A DNA stretch of 64,000 nt, from UHGV virus genome UHGV-1370579; one strand, written 5' to 3'. Below, one piece after another: positions 28,828-37,330 of the stretch. The position numbers and the translations under genes were made by a program. Position 1 is the first letter of the stretch, and every line of letters begins with the position of its first letter. The notes beneath the pieces were generated by a model. It had not been told where the DNA came from and did no database searches. It saw only the letters and a program-made list of their open reading frames with translations. This stretch comes from a virus.

Positions 28828-28858
28828 ATAGCCCTTCGGGGCTATTATATTTAAATTT
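28828..28858 (+). terminator. rho-independent terminator after thy
   Basis: The hairpin atagcccttcggggctat is followed by a T-rich run. Confidence 0.6.
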
Positions 28859-28861
28859 CAT

Positions 28862-28890
28862 TTGCTAATTTAGTGAAATTTAAATATAAT
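28862..28890 (+). promoter_or_regulatory. stereotyped phage promoter
   Basis: The sequence is catTTGCTAatttagtgaaatttaaaTATAATatattttataaattggagat. Confidence 0.6.
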
Positions 28891-28916
28891 ATATTTTATA
28901 AATTGGAGATACACAT

Positions 28917-29117
28917 ATGGGACTCTTTAGAAAGAAAGTTTATTTGACAGAAAAGCAGGAACTTAAACTTCTTACTCTATCAGAATATTATCATTTACCG
29001 TATGATTATTTTGTAGATAGAGCAATAGAGGAATTTCTGGATAGGGAGTTAGAGGCTATAAAACCCAAGCCTCCTACCCAGTCAAAAACTAAAGATATAA
29101 CAGAAGGTGAAAAATAA
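28917..29117 (+). CDS. hypothetical small protein
   Basis: This is a 66-aa ORF overlapping the rnh start (ATAATG). Confidence 0.45.
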   Translation: MGLFRKKVYLTEKQELKLLTLSEYYHLPYDYFVDRAIEEFLDRELEAIKPKPPTQSKTKDITEGEK

Positions 29118-29596
29118 TGTCGGTTTTCCACATTTACACAGATGGCGCTTGTAAGTCCAACCCTGGCCCAGGTGCTTGGGGATTTATTGTCTATGATGAT
29201 AATGATGATCGTTTAGGTTCTAAATCTGGATATAATCCTAAAACCACAAATAACGAGATGGAACTCACAGCTATTGTAGAAGCTCTTCGCTGGTCAGTTA
29301 AAAAAGATAATAGACCAATTGTTATCTATACTGATTCTGCTTATTGCAAAAATGGTATGGAAAGTTGGATGTTTTCTTGGCAAAGGAAAGGCTGGAAGAA
29401 AGCAGATGGTGAAGTTCCTCTTAATCTAGAACTTTGGCAGGAAGCATTTAAATTAACACAGCAGTATATCAACTTCCATAATACTAATCCTACCTTTATT
29501 AAGGTTAAAGGACATTCTGGTATTAGTGGTAATGAAGCTGTAGATGCATTGTGTAACACAGTTATTACTGAAGCTGAAATGGCTGAGATGCAATAA
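29117..29596 (+). CDS. rnhA: ribonuclease H (RNase HI-like)
   Basis: The N-terminal segment is MSVFHIYTDGACKSNPGPGAWGF. C-terminal catalytic D/H residues are present. Confidence 0.85.
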   Translation: MSVFHIYTDGACKSNPGPGAWGFIVYDDNDDRLGSKSGYNPKTTNNEMELTAIVEALRWSVKKDNRPIVIYTDSAYCKNGMESWMFSWQRKGWKKADGEVPLNLELWQEAFKLTQQYINFHNTNPTFIKVKGHSGISGNEAVDALCNTVITEAEMAEMQ

Positions 29597-29613
29597 ATAA
29601 TTTAAAAATTCAT

Positions 29614-29642
29614 TTGCTCAAAGCCCACTAATTTAGTATAAT
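29614..29642 (+). promoter_or_regulatory. stereotyped phage promoter
   Basis: The sequence is aaaaattcatTTGCTCaaagcccactaatttagTATAATattcat. Confidence 0.6.
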
Positions 29643-29669
29643 ATTCATATTGAAAGTGAGGAGGGCTTT

Positions 29670-29948
29670 ATGCGAATTTATAACTCAAATTCATTAGGAT
29701 TTAAACCATTGAGAAAACGTGCACAATCACCTCGTCAAATAAGAAAGGCTAATATTGGTGAGCCAGAAACACGTCTTCCACCTCCTCCAGAACAACGTTT
29801 AGTTTATCTGGATGAAGAATTAGCTGAACGCGAAAGAAAAGCTCAAGAAGAGATTGAGCGTAAGAAAATGTGTACTGCTCCAGCGTATAATAAAGGAGCG
29901 TATCAATATGTTTCCGATGCAGAACAAGCCAAGATGGTTGGTAGATAA
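29670..29948 (+). CDS. hypothetical protein
   Basis: This is a 92-aa ORF with an SD sequence gaggagg. Confidence 0.45.
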   Translation: MRIYNSNSLGFKPLRKRAQSPRQIRKANIGEPETRLPPPPEQRLVYLDEELAERERKAQEEIERKKMCTAPAYNKGAYQYVSDAEQAKMVGR

Positions 29949-29964
29949 TTTTTAAAAAATTCAG

Positions 29965-29993
29965 TTGCTAAACGCTTCAAATTACCGTATAAT
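29965..29993 (+). promoter_or_regulatory. stereotyped phage promoter
   Basis: The sequence is aaaaaattcagTTGCTAaacgcttcaaattaccgTATAATatacttcataaattgata. Confidence 0.6.
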
Positions 29994-30031
29994 ATACTTC
30001 ATAAATTGATAAACAAAAAGGAAAACAAATA

Positions 30032-30547
30032 ATGGCTAAGCAGAAAAACGCAAAAACTCAAGCAGCTACTACAGTAAAAACTTTCCCGCAGACTGAGGCT
30101 AACCGCAAAGCTCGTCTGGAACGCCACCTGCGCAAGCACCCTACTGATGCTCAAGCTGCACAGGCACTGAATCGTCCGGCTCCGATTCGTCAAAAGCCGA
30201 AGGCTAAGAATGCTACTCGTTCTGTAGCCCGCCTTGTGACCTATGTACAGGGTTATGGTCACAAATCTGTTCCAGTAGCACTGAGTTTCAATGCTGGAGC
30301 AGAATTGTTCCCTCGTAATGGCATGGCCATGAAAGATTACGAGAAAGCAGTTAACCAGAAACGCAAACCAACGGCAGATGTACTGCGTGATGCTCGTGGA
30401 CAGTTTGGTTCTGTTAAGCCAAATATCTTTGGTGTAGAGTATAGCAAAGATAACGTTCGCGCTCTGTGCTACGGTGTAGGGATTAAATTCACGGGCGATT
30501 CTGCTCGTAAATCTGCTAAACCAGCTCGCAAGCGTAAAGCGAAGTAA
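30032..30547 (+). CDS. basic Lys/Arg/Ala-rich protein (possible nucleic-acid-binding protein)
   Basis: The 171-aa product has high K/R/A content and the codon usage of a highly expressed gene. Confidence 0.5.
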   Translation: MAKQKNAKTQAATTVKTFPQTEANRKARLERHLRKHPTDAQAAQALNRPAPIRQKPKAKNATRSVARLVTYVQGYGHKSVPVALSFNAGAELFPRNGMAMKDYEKAVNQKRKPTADVLRDARGQFGSVKPNIFGVEYSKDNVRALCYGVGIKFTGDSARKSAKPARKRKAK

Positions 30548-30610
30548 TAGATAAATAGGGGCAGAAGCCCCTACAATCTACTAATTCTCTAACTAATCAA
30601 GGATATTTTT

Positions 30611-30826
30611 ATGTTCTCTAAGAAACCACGTTCCGTTACTGAAATCGTTGCTTCCTTTACCACTATCACTGATGAGCTTCAAGCTCGTATTGAGGCTGAT
30701 CAAAAAATTGCTGCGGATATTCAGAAACAACAGGAAGAACTCGCTTTAAAGTTGGCTGAAACCAACAAGAGTGAAAAGTCTGCCCAAACTATTATGGAAA
30801 ATATCCTTAAACTGCTGGGCAAGTGA
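30611..30826 (+). CDS. hypothetical small protein
   Basis: This is a 71-aa ORF with a terminator downstream. Confidence 0.45.
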   Translation: MFSKKPRSVTEIVASFTTITDELQARIEADQKIAADIQKQQEELALKLAETNKSEKSAQTIMENILKLLGK

Positions 30827-30834
30827 TTTAAATC

Positions 30835-30858
30835 AGGGGGCGAAAGCCCCTCTTATTT
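30835..30858 (+). terminator. rho-independent terminator
   Basis: The hairpin agggggcgaaagcccct is followed by CTTATTT. Confidence 0.55.
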
Positions 30859-30867
30859 GGAGAAACT

Positions 30868-31104
30868 ATGCGTAATTTTGTAGCAAAGAATGATTTTAAC
30901 CGTGCTAGCACTCATAAGTCCGCTAGAGATTATACACGACTTTCTAGTCATCAGGTAATGGATACCTGCTACGAAGAACTGGAAGATAACTGGAATGAAT
31001 GGCCAGACTTTTCTATGGAAGAAAACTGGGATGTTAGTGAAGATATGCTTCCTGGTTTTAAAGACCCCAAGAAGTGGGAGTCTATTAAAGAGACAGCTCT
31101 TTAA
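30868..31104 (+). CDS. hypothetical acidic small protein
   Basis: This is a 78-aa ORF. Confidence 0.45.
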   Translation: MRNFVAKNDFNRASTHKSARDYTRLSSHQVMDTCYEELEDNWNEWPDFSMEENWDVSEDMLPGFKDPKKWESIKETAL

Positions 31105-31132
31105 TAGTTTTCTACACAATAAAGGATAAGTT

Positions 31133-31834
31133 ATGAAAGTAAAACCATTTGGTATGCTAGATATTGAATCTCTAGGAACTCCAGGAGATTGTGGTACTAC
31201 TCATATCGCAATGCCTTCTTTCGCTTTTGTGGCTATGCATGGGATTGATAAAGACCCTGATCTAGTATTTGTTACTTTGGATGTGCAAGATCAGTTTAAC
31301 TCTGGTGCTAAAGTTACAGCATCTACTCTAGCATTCTGGATGGGTCAAGCTAAGAATAGTCCGTCTGCCCTCCACATTATGGAAGCTATGAACGATCGTA
31401 ATCCAAAGCTGATTGCATTCCAAAACGGTAAACATCATTGTACTAATAAACTCGGCTCTAACTATGCTGCTTACGCTATGGCTCAAAATATTATGGAGTT
31501 GGCTCTAGGAGAGAATGCTTTGTATTATGGCAACGGCCCAGAGTTTGATATGACTATCTACTCTGCAAACACTTTCCATGCTGGAACCAATGAAGAAATA
31601 GTTCCGTGGAAATTCTGGAACTTGGGTAATGTTCGATCTCTTCGTAATCTCTGGATGCAAGCTGGATATAGTTATAAAGCTCTAGAGACCGAAGGTATTA
31701 GCTGGGCAATAGCTAAAATGGAGAAGATGGACACCATTCGTTATGGGATCTATCCGGTTAAGCACGACCCAGCATTTGATGCCTTAGTTGAGAGCTATTG
31801 TGTTGCAGCTATGGTCGAAAAAATCAAAATTTGA
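31133..31834 (+). CDS. hypothetical protein (possible DEDD-type exonuclease fold)
   Basis: The 233-aa product has the segment MLDIESLG, which resembles the Exo I D-x-E motif. This is weak evidence. Confidence 0.45.
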   Translation: MKVKPFGMLDIESLGTPGDCGTTHIAMPSFAFVAMHGIDKDPDLVFVTLDVQDQFNSGAKVTASTLAFWMGQAKNSPSALHIMEAMNDRNPKLIAFQNGKHHCTNKLGSNYAAYAMAQNIMELALGENALYYGNGPEFDMTIYSANTFHAGTNEEIVPWKFWNLGNVRSLRNLWMQAGYSYKALETEGISWAIAKMEKMDTIRYGIYPVKHDPAFDALVESYCVAAMVEKIKI

Positions 31835-31835
31835 T

Positions 31836-31864
31836 TTGCTTCCGGCTCCAAAATTCTGTATAAT
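31836..31864 (+). promoter_or_regulatory. stereotyped phage promoter
   Basis: The sequence is aaaatttgatTTGCTTccggctccaaaattctgTATAATatattcataaatttgag. Confidence 0.6.
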
Positions 31865-31904
31865 ATATTCATAAATTTGAGAAAACAATAAAAGGAAAAC
31901 AAAT

Positions 31905-32087
31905 ATGCCAGTATCTAAAAATGTTCGTAAAAATGCTAAGAAAGCTACTCGTAATCTGGGTATTCGTCGTATGGCTGAACGTCAATCAGGTGTCCAGAAA
32001 ATCCTTGATCTGCTAAATCGTGCTAATCCTAAAATTGATAACAGTAAAGATACTGTTCTGCGTACCTTACTGGCAATGGGTCTGTAA
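31905..32087 (+). CDS. hypothetical small basic protein
   Basis: This is a 60-aa ORF. Confidence 0.4.
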   Translation: MPVSKNVRKNAKKATRNLGIRRMAERQSGVQKILDLLNRANPKIDNSKDTVLRTLLAMGL

Positions 32088-32139
32088 TAGACCAACTTTA
32101 AACAAATTCAAATCTTAAACTTCATATAAGGAAGAAACA

Positions 32140-32778
32140 ATGACCACTCGTATTTCTAAAACTCGTGCTCTGGCAACCATCAAATCTCTGGAAGCTAAAA
32201 TCCGTAAAGCTACTGAACAACAGCTTCTGATCGCTGTTGGTGAAGGTAAGGATAAAAACCAGGTTGTAGTTGGCGCTGCAATCGAAGTAGCTGATCTGTC
32301 TACTCGTATTAAGACTGATTTCCAGTCTCTGCTGGATATGATGTCCCAGCGTGACCGAATCAAAGCAGCTTTGATTAAGAGCAATGCGGAAACAATCGTT
32401 GAGATTGGTTCTCGTAAAATGACTGTTGCAGAAGCAATTGAAGCTAAGCGTTCTATGGAGCTTAAAGCTCAGTTGCTGGCTAATATGCGTAAGCAGTTCC
32501 ATGCCGCTACGGTTAAGTTTAATACGCAGAAAGCACAGTTTGATGCTAAATATGAGCGTTTGCAGGATAGCATGGCTACCCGCGATAAGAAAACTTCCGA
32601 AGATGAAGTTAAAATGCAGCTCAACCTGCTGGAACTCAAGAATACCCCATTCTTGATTGACCCGCTGGAGCTGGAAAAGCTGATCAAGCAGCACGACGAA
32701 GAATATCAGGACTTTGCAACTAATGTTGACTTTGTTCTGTCTGAGTCTAATGCCTCTACTTTCATTGAAGTAGAGTAA
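32140..32778 (+). CDS. hypothetical protein (coiled-coil rich)
   Basis: The 212-aa product has codon usage consistent with the neighbouring plus-strand genes. The overlapping antisense 265-aa ORF is rejected. Confidence 0.5.
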   Translation: MTTRISKTRALATIKSLEAKIRKATEQQLLIAVGEGKDKNQVVVGAAIEVADLSTRIKTDFQSLLDMMSQRDRIKAALIKSNAETIVEIGSRKMTVAEAIEAKRSMELKAQLLANMRKQFHAATVKFNTQKAQFDAKYERLQDSMATRDKKTSEDEVKMQLNLLELKNTPFLIDPLELEKLIKQHDEEYQDFATNVDFVLSESNASTFIEVE

Positions 32779-33161
32779 TAATTTAAAAGCTAGTAAATCG
32801 GTAGACGAAAGCCCAAGCATCTTACCTCGCAGCAGCGGTTGAAATACGAGGTTAAATAAGACCGCTGACCATACTATAAAGTATAATCTATTGGAGATTA
32901 TGTTTATTACATCAGACATTTAATCTGACACGTAAAAACAAAGCGTCGTTGATATTACCGACACAACTTCAAAGATCAACATTTAAGTATGAAAGCTGAA
33001 AAGTTTAAAGAACTCAAACTTCTAAACTTCTAAAGCTAAAAGATGCAAAGTATTCGTTGATGATTCAAACCCTAGATCAAAGGTACATGGCTCATAAGAT
33101 ATGGCCTGTGGCGCCTCTAGGCTGTTTATCGGTTTACTAGTTTCACAATTTAAAAATGTAT

Positions 33162-33190
33162 TTGCTAATTTATTAAGTTATCTGTATAAT
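33162..33190 (+). promoter_or_regulatory. stereotyped phage promoter
   Basis: The sequence is aaaaatgtatTTGCTAatttattaagttatctgTATAATatatttttaaattgatg. Confidence 0.6.
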
Positions 33191-33220
33191 ATATTTTTAA
33201 ATTGATGAAACGAGGCTATT

Positions 33221-33538
33221 ATGACTTTTCATATTTTGATTGATGATGTGCGTAATCTTCACGGAATGGACATTATCATTCGAACCCCAGAAGCCGCTGT
33301 AGAGTTTCTGAATAAAACTGATACCACAGGCCATTTCGTTTATATGGATAATGACTTGGCTGTAGATGGTATGGAAGGTTATCAAATTCTTCGTTTACTC
33401 TTAGAATTTGGGCAGAGACCAAAGAAAGTGGTACTAGTAACCTCGAACCCAGTAGCTAAGCAAAATATGCGTAATGATTTGCTTGACTTAGGGTATAAAG
33501 AAAATCCCAATCGTGTTGAATATGATTGGCAGGAGTAA
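33221..33538 (+). CDS. hypothetical protein
   Basis: This is a 105-aa ORF. Confidence 0.45.
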   Translation: MTFHILIDDVRNLHGMDIIIRTPEAAVEFLNKTDTTGHFVYMDNDLAVDGMEGYQILRLLLEFGQRPKKVVLVTSNPVAKQNMRNDLLDLGYKENPNRVEYDWQE

Positions 33539-33993
33539 AAAGAATGAAGGCAGCTTTGCTTTTAGTAGCTGCCCTTACCTTCAGCTTTAGTAGTCAGGCA
33601 TCGCACGATGCAAAAGAAATAGATTGCATTGCTAAAAATATCTATTTCGAAAGTCGTGGTGAGGGCATAAAGGGAATGACGGCGATTGCACATGTTACTA
33701 AAAACCGTGTAAACTCCGGTAAATTCCCAGATTCCTACTGTAAAGTAGTATATCAGTCTAACCAGTTCTCTTGGGTATCTAAGAGACCAAAAGTTGATAA
33801 AACTGATGAGGCTTGGCAAACCGCCAAGAATTTAGCTAGAGTGATATACTACGTTGATTTACCACAAGATCCTACACATGGAGCTTTATACTTCCATAGT
33901 GGTAAAGATAAACCATACTGGACAAAGAAGTTTAAGAAAACAACTAAGATTAAGGGACATACATTTTATAAGCCTGTTGTCACTAAAACTTAA
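33526..33993 (+). CDS. secreted cell-wall hydrolase (SleB/Hydrolase_2-like)
   Basis: A signal peptide MKAALLLVAALTFSFSSQA is followed by the motif IAKNIYFESRGEG...AIAHVTKNRV. Confidence 0.65.
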   Translation: MAGVKRMKAALLLVAALTFSFSSQASHDAKEIDCIAKNIYFESRGEGIKGMTAIAHVTKNRVNSGKFPDSYCKVVYQSNQFSWVSKRPKVDKTDEAWQTAKNLARVIYYVDLPQDPTHGALYFHSGKDKPYWTKKFKKTTKIKGHTFYKPVVTKT

Positions 33994-34001
33994 AAATTTA
34001 T

Positions 34002-34030
34002 TTGCTTAAATACTTAAACTTCTGTATAAT
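34002..34030 (+). promoter_or_regulatory. stereotyped phage promoter
   Basis: The sequence is aaaaatttaTTTGCTTaaatacttaaacttctgTATAATactttcataaattaatgagagg. Confidence 0.6.
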
Positions 34031-34062
34031 ACTTTCATAAATTAATGAGAGGAAGCGAAATA

Positions 34063-34233
34063 TGAAATCAGTTGTAATTATTGGTGTTAATACTCGCGGT
34101 ATTCGTACTACGAAAACTGTTAAAACTTCCAACGTTGCTGAGATCACTACGAACCCTAAAAAGTTTGATTTCGCCAAAGTCTCAGCAGTTATGACAGAAC
34201 AATCTTTTAACCAAGCGTTAGGAATGAAATAAT
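34063..34233 (+). CDS. hypothetical small protein (56 aa, below the ORF-track cutoff)
   Basis: The ATG lies 8 nt after the SD sequence gagaggaag. The ORF ends with TAATG, which overlaps the next start. Confidence 0.35.
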
Positions 34234-34675
34234 GGAAGAGAATATTTTAGATGTTTTGCGTAGAGCTTTGCAGGATTCTAAGTTTAATGGTTCTGATAAA
34301 GAAGTCGCTAAAAGCTACCAGACCATAATCGGGGATCTTCAGCGTATTGATAAAGATTTCATCACTTCTGAACAATTTGTGTCTTATCTCAAAGCTCAAC
34401 TAAAAAGCATTAACCAGATGAAAGCTAAACTTCATGGTCAAGATCTTGATAGTTATAGCTTGCAGTCCGCTCAGTATGAATACATTCTAAATAAGTGGTT
34501 GCAGGAGTATCTGCCTCCCCAGTTATCTGATACTGAGATTCGTAAATACTTTGCAGAATTAGTTAAGCTAAACCCTGGAATTACAAAAGGTATGCTGATG
34601 AAAGCGATTAAGGAAGAATTTCCTGGGCGTTATGATGGTGGTACTGCTGCTCAGATTGCTGGCGAATTTAATTAA
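34232..34675 (+). CDS. YqeY/GatB C-terminal-domain-like protein
   Basis: The 147-aa product has a C-terminal segment GITKGMLMKAIKEEFPGRYDGGTAAQIAGEF that resembles the YqeY family. Confidence 0.45.
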   Translation: MEENILDVLRRALQDSKFNGSDKEVAKSYQTIIGDLQRIDKDFITSEQFVSYLKAQLKSINQMKAKLHGQDLDSYSLQSAQYEYILNKWLQEYLPPQLSDTEIRKYFAELVKLNPGITKGMLMKAIKEEFPGRYDGGTAAQIAGEFN

Positions 34676-34683
34676 AAATTTAT

Positions 34684-34712
34684 TTGCTAAATGCCTATAA
34701 ATTCTGTATAAT
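34684..34712 (+). promoter_or_regulatory. stereotyped phage promoter feeding the ORF-free leader and the first tRNAs
   Basis: The sequence is aaaaatttaTTTGCTAaatgcctataaattctgTATAATatattcataaattagagaac. Confidence 0.6.
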
Positions 34713-34935
34713 ATATTCATAAATTAGAGAACAGCGAGCCGATTACGCTGAGTGCAGAATCCCAACCGGAGCGCATTGAATAGAGTCGGTGGGTTAGTTG
34801 GAAAACTAGTACACAGGGGGCGGCAATCCCGGTTAGTGGCTAGAACGTGTAAAATGGGGCGTCTGAAACCTCTCCCCTAAACTCTTCTCTAATTTACTGA
34901 TAGTGGGGTGTGGAAATCACTTATGTAGTAACACT

Positions 34936-35008
34936 GCCGATCTAGTATAAAACGGTATTATCAAGCCGTAACTGGTGGAAGATGTAGGTTCGAATCCTAC
35001 GGTCGGTA
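34936..35008 (+). tRNA. tRNA-like gene; anticodon uncertain (possibly CGU)
   Basis: The acceptor is gccgatc/ggtcggt and the T-arm is gtagg-ttcgaat-cctac. The D and anticodon stems are poor. Confidence 0.4.
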
Positions 35009-35510
35009 AGAACTGGATAACTGGTGCTTTTAATGTAAAAGCTTCCGAGGTTAGTTGCGCACTGCCTAAACCACGCGGTAGTTGGTTCCAGACTAACCAA
35101 CCAGTCTGCTGAATAGTTTTATTACGATTTAACTATGTCCAGGCTAAAGAAGAACTTTAGAAGGTATTCTAGGATAGTGAAGTTCTTTCTCCATATCGGA
35201 GTAGTTTTTCAAACTATCCACAAAGTGGGAAATGCTGGCATGAGAGATGCCACTAATGGTGCACAATAGCACAGGTAATTCGCGATAACTCCTGTTGAGT
35301 AGCAGCAAAAAGGTGGGGAGTCATGACCCTAACCTAACCGAGTCCTCAGTATACCGCAGGACATAACCACTAAGTCACCTTGACTTAAACTGGAAAATAA
35401 TAGACGTTACTGTATTTTGTCTTGAAATACTTAATGAGTGAGACTTATGACTCTCCCGGTATCGTCTGTATTTTTAAGAGTTTTTACGAGAGTTCTTAAA
35501 AATACTTAAA

Positions 35511-35585
35511 CGGGGTGTAGTCTAAGGGAGAGGCAGGAGTCTTCTAAATTCCTTTATGCAGGTTCGAATCCTGTCACCTCGGCCA
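35511..35585 (+). tRNA. tRNA-Arg (anticodon UCU), CCA encoded
   Basis: The acceptor is cggggtg/cacctcg and the anticodon loop is cttctaa. The T-arm is gcagg-ttcgaat-cctgt, followed by gcca. Confidence 0.65.
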
Positions 35586-35619
35586 ATTTTATTAACTGTA
35601 ACTAAAACAAAGGAAATAT

Positions 35620-36567
35620 ATGTCTAATACTAAAAATATGAAAGAACTGACTTCTGAGCAAAAAGTAATTCGCACTATTAAACGTTGGAGTATTGGTGCT
35701 GTAGTTGGTTTAGCAGGTTTAATCCTAGCTTTTAATTCATATACTATTGTTTCTGATGGTACGGTTAAAACCCAAACATTTCTAGGTAAAGTAGATCCTA
35801 ACCCAGTATTACCTGGTTTCCATCTTGTAAACCCATTTGCATCTTTCGATACTTTTAGTACAAAAGATATTGCTGTAAAATTAGATAAACTTCAGGTTCC
35901 TAGCCAGGATAAGTTTAAATCCACTGTTGACCTGACTGTTATGTTACAGTTTGATGGTTCTAAGGCACCGATTAACCGTATTAACGCAGGCACCCAGGAT
36001 CAAGCACTAGACAAATATGTAACTGAAAAATTACTGTCTACTATTCGTGAGTTTGGTAAGTCTGTACCTAAAGCACAAGATTTGTTTGACGCTAAAATTC
36101 AGGCTCAATTACAAACCGCAATTCAACAGGAAGTTGAAGAGTATGCACGCCCCTATGGTTACACAGTTAAGCAAGTGTTCCTTCAGGATATTACATTGCC
36201 ACCGGTAATCATGGAACAGGTACAGAATACCAAAGTTCGTGAAGAACAAGTTAATGCTGCGAAAGCTGAATTGGCTCGTGTTGAACAAGAAGCACAGCAG
36301 AAGGTTAAACAAGCAGAAGCAGATCGTGAAGCTCGTAACAACCAAGCTATTGCAAACGAACGTGATGCGGACGCTAAACTGTACGCAGCTAAGAAAGAAG
36401 CTGAAGCTAACGCCGCTCTGCAACGTACTATTACTCCTGAGATGATTCGCTGGAAGCAACTAGAGGTTGAAATGATTCGTGCCCAGAAGTATCAAGGTGG
36501 CGTACCGCAGACTGTGGTTGGCACTGGTTATGATGGCCAGATGATTATGGATATGCGTAATAAGTAA
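35620..36567 (+). CDS. SPFH/band-7 (prohibitin/HflK-like) membrane protein
   Basis: An N-terminal TM helix is followed by an SPFH-like core and a C-terminal coiled-coil rich in Q, A and E. Confidence 0.65.
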   Translation: MSNTKNMKELTSEQKVIRTIKRWSIGAVVGLAGLILAFNSYTIVSDGTVKTQTFLGKVDPNPVLPGFHLVNPFASFDTFSTKDIAVKLDKLQVPSQDKFKSTVDLTVMLQFDGSKAPINRINAGTQDQALDKYVTEKLLSTIREFGKSVPKAQDLFDAKIQAQLQTAIQQEVEEYARPYGYTVKQVFLQDITLPPVIMEQVQNTKVREEQVNAAKAELARVEQEAQQKVKQAEADREARNNQAIANERDADAKLYAAKKEAEANAALQRTITPEMIRWKQLEVEMIRAQKYQGGVPQTVVGTGYDGQMIMDMRNK

Positions 36568-36591
36568 TACCCACACGTAATATTCGAAGTA

Positions 36592-36627
36592 AGCCCTGCG
36601 TTCCCTGGAGAGCGCAGGGCTTTTCTG
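36592..36627 (+). terminator. rho-independent terminator
   Basis: The hairpin agccctgcg...cgcagggct is followed by TTTTCT. Confidence 0.65.
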
Positions 36628-36635
36628 TACTTAAG

Positions 36636-36680
36636 ATAAAAGAAAAGCCCCTAAGTCTTTCGACTAGGGGCTTTTTATTA
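36636..36680. terminator. bidirectional rho-independent terminator
   Basis: The hairpin agcccctaagtctttcgactaggggct is flanked by an A-run on the 5' side and a T-run on the 3' side. Confidence 0.65.
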
Positions 36681-36892
36681 TTGGTTCTTTAGAACCATAT
36701 ACTCTTGTTACAGCAACCACCCATACGGGAGGCCAATCTTGACTGAAAATCTACTCTAGGGGGCAGGATAAGAGTAGGCTTAAAGGCAAAGGGATTGAAC
36801 GCCGGTATTTGTGTAAACATTGCTGGAGAGCAACAACGTGCTACAGGCATTGGGCAGCACGAAACAGATTTTCTGCAACACATAATTCCTCC

Positions 36893-37309
36893 TTAGGAGT
36901 TATTACCGCTATTTTGAGCTTTTGCAATTTGGCTTTGGCAGAAGCTATTAAACTTACCCATAAGTGATACAAGCTGCTTTCCATCCTCTGTCTTTGCGAA
37001 GTCTTCGAAAAGGGCTAGTACTGCCTGTCCTTCCGCAGAAACCTGCGGTTGTTGGGTTTGCTGCTGAACTTGCTGCTGAGCCACCTGTTGATGCATTTGT
37101 TGAGGCATTTGCGACTGCCCACTCATTTGCTGCATCATTTGCATAGGACTCACACTTCCAGGGTTTTGCTGGAGTTGTTGCTGCATCTGTTGCGCTTCTG
37201 CTAAACGCTGTTGCAACTGTTGTAGGTAAGGATTATCCAGACCCGGAACGGGCTGCTGGGAGCCCATTGGTTGATTAAATCCGTTGTTCACAAAACCATA
37301 TTTACTCAT
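36893..37309 (-). CDS. Gln-rich low-complexity protein
   Basis: The 138-aa product is made of QQ/MQ repeats with a structured C-terminal tail. Confidence 0.5.
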   Translation of the reverse strand: MSKYGFVNNGFNQPMGSQQPVPGLDNPYLQQLQQRLAEAQQMQQQLQQNPGSVSPMQMMQQMSGQSQMPQQMHQQVAQQQVQQQTQQPQVSAEGQAVLALFEDFAKTEDGKQLVSLMGKFNSFCQSQIAKAQNSGNNS

Positions 37310-37330
37310 AATGGGCTCCTCCCCTTAATT

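Noticed and set aside
30559-30574. The hairpin aggggcagaagcccct after the basic-protein gene, considered as a terminator.
   Set aside because: The stem-loop is perfect but is followed by acaatctac rather than a U-run. It is more likely an RNA-stability or processing hairpin than an intrinsic terminator, so I have not listed it as a feature.
32122-32919. A 265-aa minus-strand ORF covering the 212-aa plus-strand gene.
   Set aside because: It is antisense to a gene that has an SD sequence and codon usage like its neighbours. Its product is Leu/Phe/Ser-rich and low-complexity. It has no promoter on that strand. I judge it spurious.
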